Of a DNA stretch of 64,000 bases, positions 1 through 13,940 are shown piece by piece. The DNA is from Mobula hypostoma (taxonomy: Eukaryota): contig NC_086107.1 of assembly GCF_963921235.1 (NCBI RefSeq), positions 105,774,001 to 105,838,000 on the forward strand. The letters run 5' to 3'. Both the position numbers and the translations under genes were made by a program. Under the pieces are notes generated by a model. It worked only from the letters and a program-made list of their open reading frames with translations. It searched no databases and had not been told where the DNA came from. The first letter of the stretch is position 1, and the number at the start of each line of letters is the position of its first letter.

Positions 1-3000
1 GGTAGGGCACTCCCTCAGTACTGTCCCTCCGACAGTGAGGCACTCCCTCAGTACTGTCCCTCCGACAGTGAGACACTCCCTCAGTACTGTCCCTCTGACA
101 GTGAGACACTCCCTCAGTACTGTCCGTCTGATGGTAGGGCACTCCCTCAGCACTGTCCCTCCGACATTGAGGCACTCCCTCAGTACTGTCCCACCGACAG
201 TGAGACACTCCCTCAGTACTGTCCCTCCGACAGTGTGACACTCCCTCAGTACTATGCCTCCGACACTGAGACACTCCCTCAGTACTGTCCCTCTGACAGT
301 GAGACACTCCCTCAGTACTGTCCCTCCGACAGTGAGATACTCCCTCAGTACTGTCCCTCTGACAGTGAGACACTCCCTCAGTACTGTCCCTCTGACAGTG
401 AGACACTCCCTCAGTACTGTCCCCCTGATGGTAGGGCACTCCCTCAGTACTGTCCCTCCGACAGTGAGACACTCCCTCAGTACTGTCCCTCCGACAGTGA
501 GACACTCCCTCAGTACTGTCCCTCTGACAGTGAGACACTCCCTCAGTACTGTCCCTCTGACAGTGAGACACTCCCTCAGTACTGTCCCTCTGATGGTAGG
601 GCACTCCCTCAGTACTGTCCCTCCGACAGTGAGACACTCCCTCAGTACTGTCCCTCCGACAGTGAGACACTCCCTCAGTACTGTCCCTCTGACAGTGAGA
701 CACTCCCTCAGTACTGTCCCTCCGACAGTGAGACACTCCCTCAGTACTGTCCCTCCGACAGTGAGACACTCCCTCAGTACTGTCCCTCCGACAGTGAGAC
801 ACTCCCTCAGTACTGTCCCTCTGACAGTGTGACACTCCCTCAGTACTGTCCCTCTGACAGTGTGATACTCCCTCAGTACTGTCCCTCCGACAGTGAGATA
901 CTCCCTCAGTACCTCCCCTCTGACAGTGAGACACTCCCTCAGTACTGTCCCTCCGACAGTGAGATACTCCCTCAGAACTGTCCCTCTGACAGTGAGACAC
1001 TCCCTCAGTACTGTCCCTCTGACAGTGAGACACTCCCTCAGTACTGTCCCTCTGACAGTGTGACACTCCCTCAGTACTGTCCCTCTGACAGTGAGACACT
1101 CCCTCAGTACTGTCCCTCCGACAGTGAGATACTCCCTCAGTACTGTCCCTCTGACAGTGAGACACTCCCTCAGTACTGTCCCTCTGACAGTGAGACACTC
1201 CCTCAGTACTGTCCCTCTGATGGTATGGCACTCCCTCAGTACTGTCCCACTGACAGTGAGACACTCCCTCAGTACTGTCCCTCTGACAGTGAGACACTCC
1301 CTCAGTACTGTCCCTCCGACAGTGAGATACTCCCTCAGTACTGTCCCTCTGACAGTGAGACACTCCCTCAGTACTGTCCCTCTGATGGTAGGGCACTCCC
1401 TCAGTACTGTCCCTCCGACAGTGAGGCACTCCCTCAGTACTGTCCCTCCGACAGTGAGACACTCCCTCAGTACTGTCCCTCTGACAGTGAGACACTCCCT
1501 CAGTACTGTCCCTCCGACAGTGAGATACTCCCTCAGTACTGTCCCTCTGACAGTGAGACACTCCCTCAGTACTGTCCCTCTGATGGTAGGGCACTCCCTC
1601 AGTACTGTCCCTCCGACAGTGAGGCACTCCCTCAGTACTGTCCCTCCGACAGTGAGACACTCCCTCAGTACTGTCCCTCTGACAGTGAGACACTCCCTCA
1701 GTACTGTCCGTCTGATGGTAGGGCACTCCCTCAGCACTGTCCCTCCGACATTGAGGCATTCCCTCAGTACTGTCCCTCCGACAGTGAGACACTCCCTCAG
1801 TACTGTCCCTCCGACAGTGTGACACTCCCTCAGTACTATGCCTCCGACACTGAGACACTCCCTCAGTACTGTCCCTCTGACAGTGAGACACTCCCTCAGT
1901 ACTGTCCCTCCGACAGTGAGATACTCCCTCAGTACTGTCCCTCTGACAGTGAGACACTCCCTCAGTACTGTCCGTCTGACAGTGAGACACTCCCTCAGTA
2001 CTGTCCCCCTGATGGTAGGGCACTCCCTCAGTACTGTCCCTCCGACAGTGAGACACTCCCTCAGTACTGTCCCTCCGACAGTGAGATACTCCCTCAGTAC
2101 TGTCCCTCTGACAGTGAGACACTCCCTCAGAACTGTCCGTCTGACAGTGAGACACTCCCTCAGTACTGACCCTCTGATGGTAGGGCACTCCCTCAGTACT
2201 GTCCCTCCGACAGTGAGGCACTCCCTCAGTACTGTCCCTCCGACAGTGAGACACTCCCTCAGTACTGTTCCCCGACAGTGAGACACTCCCTCAGTACTGC
2301 CCCTGTGACAGTGTGACACTCCTTCAGTACTGTCCCTCTGACAGTGAAACACTCCCTTAGTACTGTCCCTCCGACAGTGTGTCACTCCCTCAGTACTGTC
2401 CCTCTGACAGTGAGACACTCACTCAGTACTGTCCCTCTGATGGTAGGGAACTCCCTCAGTACTCTCCCTCCGACAGTGAGGCACTCCCTCAGTACAGTCC
2501 CTCCGACAGTGAGACACTCCCTCAGTACTGTCCATCTGATGGTAGGGCACTCCCTCAGTACTGTCCCTCCGACAGTGAGACACTCCCTCAGTACTGTCCC
2601 TCTGACAGTGAGATACTCCCTTAGTACTGTCCCTCTGACAGTGAGACACTCCCTCAGTACTGTCCCTCTGATGGTAGGGCACTCCCTCAGCACTGTCCCT
2701 CCGACAGTGAGGCACTCCCTCAGTACTGTCCCTCCGACAGTGAGAAACTTCCTCAGTACTGTCCCTCTGACAGTGAGACACTCCCTCTGTACTGTCCCTC
2801 TGATGGTAGGGCACTCCCTCAGCACTGTCTCTCCGACAGTGAGGCACTCCCTCAGTACTGTACCTCCGACAGTGAGACACTCCCTCAGTACTGTCCCTCC
2901 GACAGTGAGGCACTCCCTCAGTACTGTCCCTCCGACAGTGTGGCACTCCCTCAGTACTGTCCCTCCGACAGTGTGACACACCCTCAGTACCTCCCCTCTG

Positions 3001-6000
3001 ACAGTGAGACACTCGCTCGGTACTGTACCTCTGACAGTGAGACACTCCCTCAGTACTGTCCCTCCGACAGTGAGATACTCCCTCAGTACTGTCCCTCTGA
3101 CAGTGAGACACTCCCTCAGTATTGTCCCTCTGACAGTGAGACACTCCCTCAGTACTGTCCCTCTGGCAGTGAGACACTCCCTCAGTACTGTCCCTCCGAC
3201 AGTGAGATTCTTCCTCAGTAGTGTCCCTCTGACAGTGAGACACTCCCTCAGTACTGTCCCTCTGACAGTGAGACACTCCCTCAGTACTGTCCCTCTGATG
3301 GTATGGCACTCCCTCAGTACTGTCCCTCTGACAGTGAGACACTCCCTCAGTAATGTCCCTCTGACAGTGAGACTCTCCCTCAGTACTGTCCCTCCGACAG
3401 TGTGATACTCCCTCAGTACTGTCCCTCTGACAGTGAGACACTCCCTCAGTACTGTCCCTCTGATGGTAGGGCACTCCCTCAGTACTGTCCCTCCGACAGT
3501 GAGGCACTCCCTCAGTACTGTCCCTCCGACAGTGAGACACTCCCTCAGTACTGTCCCTCTGACAGTGAGACACTCCCTCAGTACTGTCCGTCTGATGGTA
3601 GGGTACTCCCTGAGCACTGTTCCTCCGAAATTGAGGCACTCCCTCAGTACTGTCCCTCCGACAGTGAGACTTTCCCTCAGTACTGTCCCTCCGACAGTGT
3701 GACACTCCCTCAGTCATGTGCCTCCGACACTGAGACACTCCCTCAGTACTGTCCCTCTGACAGTGAGACACTCCCTCAGTACTGTCCGTCTGACAGTGAG
3801 ACACTCCCTCAGTACTGACCCTCTGATGGTAGGGCACTCCCTCAGTACTGTCCCTCCGACAGTGAGGCACTCCCTCAGTACTGTCCCTCCGACAGTGAGA
3901 CACTCCCTCAGTACTGTTCCCCGACAGTGAGACACTCCCTCAGTACTGCCCCTGTGACAGTGTGACACTCCTTCAGTACTGTCCCTCTGACAGTGAAACA
4001 CTCCCTTAGTACTGTCCCTCCGACAGTGTGTCACTCCCTCAGTACTGTCCCTCTGACAGTGAGACACTCACTCAGTACTGTCCCTCTGATGGTAGGGAAC
4101 TCCCTCAGTACTCTCCCTCCGACAGTGAGGCACTCCCTCAGTACAGTCCCTCCGACAGTGAGACACTCCCTCAGTACTGTCCATCTGATGGTAGGGCACT
4201 CCCTCAGTACTGTCCCTCCGACAGTGAGACACTCCCTCAGTACTGTCCCTCTGACAGTGAGATACTCCCTTAGTACTGTCCCTCTGACAGTGAGACACTC
4301 CCTCAGTACTGTCCCTCTGATGGTAGGGCACTCCCTCAGCACTGTCCCTCCGACAGTGAGGCACTCCCTCAGTACTGTCCCTCCGACAGTGAGAAACTTC
4401 CTCAGTACTGTCCCTCTGACAGTGAGACACTCCCTCTGTACTGTCCCTCTGATGGTAGGGCACTCCCTCAGCACTGTCTCTCCGACAGTGAGGCACTCCC
4501 TCAGTACTGTACCTCCGACAGTGAGACACTCCCTCAGTACTGTCCCTCCGACAGTGAGGCACTCCCTCAGTACTGTCCCTCCGACAATGTGGCACTCCCT
4601 CAGTACTGTCCCTCCGACAGTGTGACACACCCTCAGTACCTCCCCTCTGACAGTGAGACACTCGCTCGGTACTGTACCTCTGACAGTGAGACACTCCCTC
4701 AGTACTGTCCCTCCGACAGTGAGATACTCCCTCAGTACTGTCCCTCTGACAGTGAGACACTCCCTCAGTATTGTCCCTCTGACAGTGAGACACTCCCTCA
4801 GTACTGTCCCTCTGGCAGTGAGACACTCCCTCAGTACTGTCCCTCCGACAGTGAGATTCTTCCTCAGTAGTGTCCCTCTGACAGTGAGACATCCCTCAGT
4901 ACTGTCCCTCTGACAGTGAGACACTCCCTCAGTACTGTCCCTCTGATGGTATGGCACTCCCTCAGTACTGTCCCTCTGACAGTGAGACGCTCCCTCAGTA
5001 ATGTCCCTCTGACAGTGAGACTCTCCCTCAGTACTGTCCCTCCGACAGTGTGATACTCCCTCAGTACTGTCCCTCTGACAGTGAGACACTCCCTCAGTAC
5101 TGTCCCTCTGATGGTAGGGCACTCCCTCAGTACTGTCCCTCCGACAGTGAGGCACTCCCTCAGTACTGTCCCTCCGACAGTGAGACACTCCCTCAGTACT
5201 GTCCCTCTGACAGTGAGACACTCCCTCAGTACTGTCCGTCTGATGGTAGGGTACTCCCTGAGCACTGTTCCTCCGAAATTGAGGCACTCCCTCAGTACTG
5301 TCCCTCCGACAGTGAGACTTTCCCTCAGTACTGTCCCTCCGACAGTGTGACACTCCCTCAGTCATGTGCCTCCGACACTGAGACACTCCCTCAGTACTGT
5401 CACTCTGACAGTGAGACACTCCCTCAGTACTGTCCCTCCGACAGTGAGATACTCCCTCAGTACTGTCCCTCTGATAGTGAGACACTCCCTCAGTACTGTC
5501 CCTCTGACAGTGAGACACTCCCTCAGTACTGTCCCTCTGACAGTGAAACACTCCCTCAGTACTGTCCGTCTGACAGTGAGACACTCCCTCAGTACTGTCC
5601 CCCCGATGGTAGGGCACTCCCTCAGTACTGTCCCTCCGACACTGAGACACTCCCTCAGTACTGTCCCTCCGACAGTGAGATACTCCCTTAGTACTGTTCC
5701 TCCGACAGTGAGACACTCCCTCAGTACTGTCCCTGTGACAGTGTGACACTCCTTCAGTACTGTCCCTCTGACAGTGAGACACTCCCTCAGTATTGTCCCT
5801 CCGACAGTGTGACACTCCCTCAGTACTGTCCCTCTGACAGTGAGACACTCACTCAGTACTGTCCCTCTGATGGTAGGGCACTCCCTCAGTACTCTCCCTC
5901 CGACAGTGAGGCACTCCCTCAGTACTGTCCCACCGACAGTGAGACACTCCCTCAGTACTGTCCCTCTGATGGTAGGGCACTCCCTCAGTACTGTCCATCC

Positions 6001-9000
6001 GACAGTGAGACACTAACTCAGTACTGTCCCTCTGACAGTGAGACACTCCCTCAGTACTGTCCCTCCGACAGTGAGATACTCCCTCAGTACTGTCCCTCTG
6101 ATGGTAGGGCACTCCCTCAGTACTGTCCCTATGACAGTGAGACACTCACTCAGTACTGTCCCTCTGATGGTAGGGCACTCCCTCAGTACTCTCCCTCCGA
6201 CAGTGAGGCACTCCCTCAGTACTGTCCCTCCGACAGTGAGACACTCCCTCAGTACTGTCCCTCTGATGGTAGGGCACTCCCTCAGCACTGTCCCTCCGAC
6301 AGTGAGGCACTCCGTCAGTACTGTCCCTCCGACAGTGAGACACTCCCTCAGTACTGTCCCTCCGATAGTGAGACACTCCCTCAGTACTGTCCCTCTGACA
6401 GTGAGACACTCCCTCAGTACTGTCCCTCCGATAGTGAGACACTCCCTCAGTACTGTCCCTCTGACAGTGTGACACTCCCTCAGTACTGTCCCTCTCACAG
6501 TGTGATACTCCCTCAGTACCTCCCCTCTGACAGTGAGACACTCCCTCAGTACTGTCCCTCCGACAGTGAGATACTCCCTCAGAACAGTCCCTCTGACAGT
6601 GAGACACTCCCTCAGTACTGTTCCTTTGACAGTGAGACACTCCCTCAGTACTGTCCCTCTGACAGTGTGACACTCCCTCAGTCCCGTCCCTCTGACAGTG
6701 AGACACTCCCTCAGTACTGTCCCTCCGACAGTGAGATACTCCCTCAGTACTGTCCCTCTGACAGTGAGACACTCCCTCAGTACTGTCCCTCTGACAGTGA
6801 GACACTCCCTCAGTACTGTCCCTCTGATGGTATGGCACTCCCTCAGTACTGTCCCACTGACAGTGAGACACTCCCTCAGTAATGTCCCTCTGACAGTGAG
6901 ACTCTCCCTCAGTACTGTCCCTACGACAGTGAGATACTCCCTCAGTACTGTCCCTCTGACAGTGAGACACTCCCTCAGTACTGTCCCTCTGATGGTAGGG
7001 CACTCCCTCAGTACTGTCCCTCCGACAGTGAGGCACTCCCTCAGTCCTGTCCCTCCGACAGTGAGACACTCCCTCAGTACTGTCCCTCTGACAGTGAGAC
7101 ACTCCCTCAGTACTGTCCGTCTGATGGTAGGGCACTCCCTGAGCACTGTTCCTCCGAAATTGAGGCACTCCCTCAGTACTGTCCCTCCGACAGTGAGACT
7201 TTCCCTCAGTACTGTCCCTCCGACAGTGTGACACTCCCTGAGTCATGTGCCTCCGACACTGAGACACTCCCTCAGTACTGTCCCTCTGACAGTGAGACAC
7301 TCCCTCAGTACTGTCCCTCCGACAGTGAGATACTCCCTCAGTACTGTCCCTCTGATAGTGAGACACTCCCTCAGTACTGTCCCTCTGACAGTGAGACACT
7401 CCCTCAGTACTGTCCCTCTGACAGTGAGACACTCCCTCAGTACTGTCCGTCTGACAGTGAGACACTCCCTCAGTACTGTCCCTACGACAGTGAGATTCTC
7501 CCTCAGTACTGTCCCTCTGACAGTGAGACACTCCCTCAGTACTGTCCCTCTGATGGTAGGGCACTCCCTCAGTACTGTCCCTCCGACAGTGAGGCACTCC
7601 CTCAGTACTGTCCCTCCGACAGTGAGACACTCCCTCAGTACTGTCCCTCTGACAGTGAGACACTCCCTCAGTACTGTCCGTCTGACAGTGAGACACTCCC
7701 TCAGTACTGTCCCTACGACTTTGAGATACTCCCTCAGTACTGTCCCTCTGATGGTAGGGCACTCCCTCAGACCTGTCCCTCCGACAGTGAGGCACTCCCT
7801 CAGTACTGTCCCTCCGACAGTGAGACACTCCCTCAGTACTGTCCCTCTGACAGTGAGACACTCCTTCAGTACTGTCCGTCTGATGGTAGGGCACTCCCTG
7901 AGCACTGTTCCTCCGAAATTGAGGCACTCCCTCAGTAGTGTCCCTCCGACAGTGAGACTTTCCCTCAGTACTGTCCCTCCGACAGTGTGACACTCCCTGA
8001 GTCATGTGCCTCCGACACTGAGACACTCCCTCAGTACTGTCCCTCTGACAGTGAGACACTCCCTCAGTACTGTCCCTCCGACAGTGAGATACTCCCTCAG
8101 TACTGTCCCTCTGATAGTGAGACACTCCCTCAGTACTGTCCCTCTGACAGTGAGACACTCCCTCAGTACTGTCCCTCTGACAGTGAGACACTCCCTCAGT
8201 ACTGTCCGTCTGACAGTGAGACACTCCCTCAGTACTGTCCCCCTGATGGTAGGGCACTCCCTCAGTACTGTCCCTCCGACACTGAGACACTCCCTCAGTA
8301 CTGTCTTTCCGACAGTGAGATACTCCCTTAGTACTGTTCCTCCGAGAGTGAGATACTCCCTCAGTACTGTCCCTGTGACAGTGTGACACTCCTTCAGTAC
8401 TGTCCCTCTGACAGTGAGACACTCCCTCAGTACTGTCCCTCCGACAGTGTGACACTCCCTCAGTACTGTCCCTCTGATGGTAGGGCACTCCCTCAGTACT
8501 CTCCCTCCGACAGTGAGGCACTCCCTCAGTACTGTCCCTCCGACAGTGAGACACTCCCTCAGTACTGTCCCTCTGATGGCAGGGCACTCCCTCAGTACTG
8601 TCCATCCGACAGTGAGACACTAACTCAGTACTGTCCCTCTGACAGTGAGACACTCCCTCAGTACTGTCCCTCCGACAGTGAGATACTCCCTCAGTACTGT
8701 CCCTCTGACAGTGAGACACTCCCTCAGTACTGTCTCTCTGATGGTAGGGCACTCCCTCAGCACTGTCCCTCCGACAGTGAGGCACTCCCTCAGTACTGTC
8801 CCTCCGACAGTGAGACACTCCCTCAGTACTGTCCCTCCGATAGTGAGACACTCCCTCAGTACTGTCCCTCTGACAGTGAGACACTCCCTCAGTACTGTCC
8901 CTCCGATAGTGAGACACTCCCTCATTACTGTCCCTCTGACAGTGTGACACTCCCTCAGTACTGTCCCTCTCACAGTGTGATACTCCCTCAGTACCGTCCC

Positions 9001-12000
9001 TCCGACAGTGAGATACTCCCTCAGTACCTCCCCTCTGACAGTGAGACACTCCCTCAGTACTGTCCCTCCGACAGTGAGATACTCCCTCAGAACAGTCCCT
9101 CTGACAGTGAGACACTCCCTCAGTACTGTTCCTTTGACAGTGAGACACTCCCTCAGTACTGTCCCTCTGACAGTGTGACACTCCCTCAGTCCCGTCCCTC
9201 TGACAGTGAGACACTCCCTCAGTACTGTCCCTCCGACAGTGAGATACTCCCTCAGTACTGTCCCTCCGACAGAGAGATACTCCCTCAGTACTGTCCGTCT
9301 GATGGTAGGGCACTCCCTGAGCACTGTTCCTCCGACATTGAGGCACTCCCTCAGTACTGTCCCTCCGACAGTGAGACTTTCCCTCAGTACTGTCCCTCCG
9401 ACAGTGTGACACTCCCTCAGTCATGTGCCTCCGACACTGAGACACTCCCTCAGTACTGTCCCTGTGACAGTGTGACACTCCTTCAGTACTGTCCCTCCGA
9501 CAGTGAGATACTCCCTCAGTACTGTCCCTCTGACAGTGAGACACTCCCTCAGTACTGTCCCTCCGACAGTGAGACACTCCCTCGGTACTGTCCCTCTGAC
9601 AGTGAGATACTCCCTCGGTACCGTCTCTTTGACAGTGAGACACTCCCTCGGTACCGTCCCTCCGAGACTGAGACACTTCCTCGGTACTGTCCCTCCGACA
9701 GTGAGATACTCCCTCAGTACTGTCCCTCTGACAGTGAGACACTCCCTCAGTACTGTCCCTCTGATTGTATGGCACTCCCTCAGTACTGTCCCTCCGACAG
9801 TGAGGCACTCCCTCAGTACTGTCCCTCCGACAGTGAGACACTCCCTCAGTACTGTCCCTCTGACAGTGAGACACTCCCTCGGTACTGTCCCTCTGACAGT
9901 GAGACACTCCCTCGGTACCGTCCCTCCGACAGTGAGACACTCCCTCAGTCCTGTCCCTCTGACAGTGAGACATTCCCTCAGTACTGTTCCTCTGATGGTA
10001 GGGCACTCCCTCAGTACTGTCCCTCCGACAGTGAGGCACTCCCTCAGTACTGTCCCTCTGATAGTGAGACACTCCCTCAGTACTGTCCCTCCGACAGTGA
10101 GATACTCCCTCAGTACTGTCCCTCTGACAGTGAGACACTCCCTCAGTACTGTCCCTCTGACAGTGAGACACTCCCTCAGTACTGTCCCTCCGACAGTGAG
10201 GCACTCCCTCAGTGCTGTCCCTCCGAGAGTGAGACACTCCCTCAGTACTGTTCCTCCGAGAGTGAGACACTCCCTCAGTACTGTCCCTCTGACAGTGTGA
10301 CACTCCTTCAGTACTGTCCCTCTGACACTGAGACACTCCCTCAGTACTGTCCCTTCGGCAGTGTGACACTCCCTCAGTACTGTCCCTCTGACAGTGAGAC
10401 ACTCCCTCAGTACTGTCCCTCTGATGGTAGGGCACTCCCTCAGTACTGTCCCTCAGACAGTGAGGCACTCCCTCAGTACTGTCTCTCCGACAGTGAGACA
10501 CTCCCTCAGTACTGTCCCTCTGATGGTAGGGCCCTCCCTCAGTACTGTCCCTCCGACAGTGAGACACTCCCTCAGTACTGTCCCTCTGACAGTGAGACAC
10601 TCCCTCAGTACTGTCCCTCCGACAGTGAGATACTCCCTCAGTACTGTCCCTCTGATAGTGATACACTCCCTCAGTACTGTCCCTCTGACAGTGAGACACT
10701 CACTCAGTACTGTCCCTCTGACAGTGAGATACTCTCTCAGTCCTGTCCCTCTGACAGTGTGACACTCCCTGAGTACTGTCCCTCTGACAGTGAGACACTC
10801 CCTCAGTACTGTCCCTCCGATAGTGAGACACTGCCGCAGTACTGTCCCTCTGACAGTGAGGCACTCCCTCAGTACTGTCCCTCTGACAGTGAGACAGTCC
10901 CTCAGTACTGTCCCTCCGACAGTGAGATACTCCCTCAGTACTGTCCCTCTGACAGTGAGACACTCCCTCAGTACTGTCCCTCTGACAGTGAGACATTCCC
11001 TCAGTACTGTCCCTCTGATGATAGGGCACTCCGTCAGTACTGTCCCTCCGACAGTGAGACACTCCCTCAGTACTGTCCCTCTGACAGTTTGACACTCCCT
11101 CGGTACCGCCCCTCGACAGTGAGACACTCTCTCAGTACCGTCCCTCTGCCAGTGAGACACTCCCTCAGTACTGTCCCTCCGACAGTGAGATACTCCCTCA
11201 GTACTGTCCCTCTGACAGTGAGACACTCCCTCAGTACTGTTCCTCTGATGGTAGGGCACTCCCTCAGTACTGTCCCTCCGACAGTGAGGCTTCCCTCAGT
11301 ACTGTCCCTCCGACAGTGAGACACTCCCTCAGTACTGTCCCTCTGACAGTGAGACACTCCCTCGGCACCGTCCCTCCGACAGTGAGACACTCCCTCAGTA
11401 CCGTCCCTCTGCCAGTGAGGCACTCCCTCGGTACTGTCCCTCCGACAGTGAGACACTCCCTCGGTACTGTCCCTCTGACAGTGTGACACTCCCTCGGTAC
11501 TGTCCCTCTGACAGTGAGACACTCCCTTAGTACTTTCCCTCCGACAGTGAGACAATCCCTCAGTACTGTCCCTCTGACAGTGAGATACTCCCTCGGTACC
11601 GTCCCTTTGACAGTGAGACACTCCCTCGGTTCCGTCCCTCCGACACTGAGACACTTCCTCGGTACTGTCCCTCCGACAGTGAGACACTCCCTCAGTACTG
11701 TCCCTCTGAGAGTGTGACACTCCCTCAGTACTGTCCCTCCGACAGTGAGATACTCCCTCAGTACTGTCCCTCTGACAGTGAGACACTCCCTCAGTACTGT
11801 TCCTCTGATGGTAGGGCACTCCCTCAGTACTGTCCCTCCGTCAGTGAGGCACTCCCTCAGTACTGTCCCTCCGACAGTGAGACAGTCCCTCAGTACTGTC
11901 CCTCTGACAGTGAGACACTCCCTCGGTACTGTCCCTCTGACAGTGAGACACTCCCTCGGTACCGTCCCTCCGACAGTGAGACACTCCCTCAGTCCTGTCC

Positions 12001-12700
12001 CTCTGACAGTGAGACATTCCCTCAGTACTGTTCCTCTGATGGTAGGGCACTCCCTCAGTACTGTCCCTCCGACAGTGAGGCACTCCCTCAGTACTGTCCC
12101 TCTGACAGTGAGACACTCCCTCAGTACTGTCCCTCTGACAGTGAGACACTCCCTCAGTACTGTCCCTCCGACAGTGAGGCACTCCCTCAGTGCTGTCCCT
12201 CCGAGAGTGAGACACTCCCTCAGTACTGTCCCTCTGACAGTGTGACACTCCTTCAGTACTGTCCCTCTGACACTGAGACACTCCCTCAGTACTGTCCCTT
12301 CGGCAGTGTGGCACTCCCTCAGTACTGTCCCTCTGACAGTGAGACACTCCCTCAGTACTGTCCCTCTGATGGTAGGGCACTCCCTCAGTACCGTCCCTCC
12401 GCCAGTGAGGCACTCCCTCGGTACTCTCCCTCCGACAGTGAGACACTCCCTCGGTACTGTCCCTCTGACTGTGTGACACTCCCTTAGTACCGTCCCTCCG
12501 ACAGTGAGACACTCCCTCAGTACTTTCCCTCTGACAGTGAGACACTCCCTCGGTACCGTCCCTCTGACAGTGAGACACTCCCTCGGTACCGTCCCTCCGA
12601 CAGTGAGACACTCCCTCGGTACTGTCCCTCCGACAGTGAGACACTCCCTCGGTACTGTCCCTCCGACAGTGATACACTCCCTCAGTACTGTCCCTCTGAT
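1..12700. repeat. 33-bp minisatellite array 1 (~385 units, open at window start)
   Basis: Continuous tandem units GACAGTGAGACACTCCCTCAGTACTGTCCCTC(T/C) with recurrent variant units such as GATGGTAGGGCA, GAGAT, GAGGC and GTGTG. Confidence 0.99.
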
Positions 12701-12966
12701 CGTGCAAAAATCTCTCGTTACTCCGACAGCGCTGTGCTCCCTCAGTGCCGGACAGTTTGTCTGCAAAGTTCTCATCTCAGCGCTGTAATATTTCATCAGA
12801 TTTAAATCCACCCAAAACTTAAGCATTTGCATGGCAGATCCAGACAGTTGTAATTGTACAAGCTGAGAGACGATGTTTTATGGTTCTGCTCCAAAATTAA
12901 TCCTGGCAGTTTACTGAGGATTTCTATTGAATTGCTCTAATTTTCGCATGGATTCCAAGGCCAGCC

Positions 12967-13115
12967 TCACACAGATGTCGGCTGTTGTCTGATGTTGTGT
13001 TGACCAAGTGTGTACTTCTGTCCTGTGGAGATAATGTGGTCGATCTGCCTCCATTCTTCACCCAGCTCATCATTGTCCACGGGGGAAGGGGCTGATAGAT
13101 TATCATAATATCCAC
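12967..13115 (-). other. Possible terminal coding exon of an unidentified gene (GYYDNLSAPSPVDNDELGEEWRQIDHIISTGQKYTLGQHNIRQQPTSV*); duplicate at 26154-26302
   Basis: AG at 13117-13116, then 2 nt + 48 open codons + TGA in non-TE-looking sequence. Acceptor weak, no homolog recognised. Confidence 0.2.
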
Positions 13116-13134
13116 CTATGATCATATAGTCGCA

Positions 13135-13715
13135 GAATCATAGAGCACTACAGAACAGAAACAGGCCTTTCGGCCCATCTAGTCTCTGCCAGCCAGGTCT
13201 GCTACCTGATCTCATAAGGCTTCACCTGGACCATAGCCCTCCATCCCTCTCTCATCATCTTACCTGACCAAACTTCTCTTAAATGTTACAATTGACCTCG
13301 TATTTACCACTTTCTCTGGCATAAATAGACCCACCTAATCTGAGCCGAACTATTATTCTGCCAGGTTCCATCGATCTGTACCTAGACCATACCCCTCCCG
13401 TCCATATACCTATTTAAACTTCTCTTAAGTGGTGCAAGTAACCCCATTTCCACCACTCCTGCAGGTTGCACACCACTCTTAAGTATTTCAACTTTCACCC
13501 TTAACCTATGACCTCTAGTTCCAGTCTCACCCAACCTCAATGGAAAAAGCCTGCTTGCATTCACCCTATCTATACACCTCATACTTTTATATACTCCCAT
13601 ATGATCTCTCCTCACTCTCCTAAACTCCAGGGAATAAAGTCGTAATCCATTCAGACTTTCCCTGTAACCAAGGTCCTCAAGTTCCGGCAACATCCTTGAA
13701 ATCTTTCAAGGTTAT
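13135..13715 (-). mobile_element. CR1 LINE 3' fragments (duplicate 26322-26902)
   Basis: ORF 13382-13693 'LPELEDLGYRESLNGLRLYSLEFRRVRRD..GETGTRGH' resembles the CR1 ORF2 C-terminus, with CR1-type 3' UTR. Confidence 0.85.
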
Positions 13716-13759
13716 TGATACCTTTCACCTTGAGGCTGGTCAATGTTAGGGTGAACCAG

Positions 13760-13940
13760 TGTTGCAGTCGGTCAAGCCACTGCCTGGCATCTCCAATGAC
13801 CCGGGGGGAAATCCTGATCTCTGGTGCTGTCTGTGTGGTGTTTGCAAGTTCTCCCTGTAGCCGCACACGTTTCCTCCTGTTGTTACCTCCCACATCCCAA
13901 ACGTGGATTAGTTCTCCACGCTAAATTGTTCCTCATATGT
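13760..13940 (+). mobile_element. HE1/V-SINE-like SINE remnant (second remnant 14210-14370; duplicates at +13187)
   Basis: V-domain-like 'tgtgtggtgtttgcaagttctccctgt...cctcccacatcccaaa'. Confidence 0.7.
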
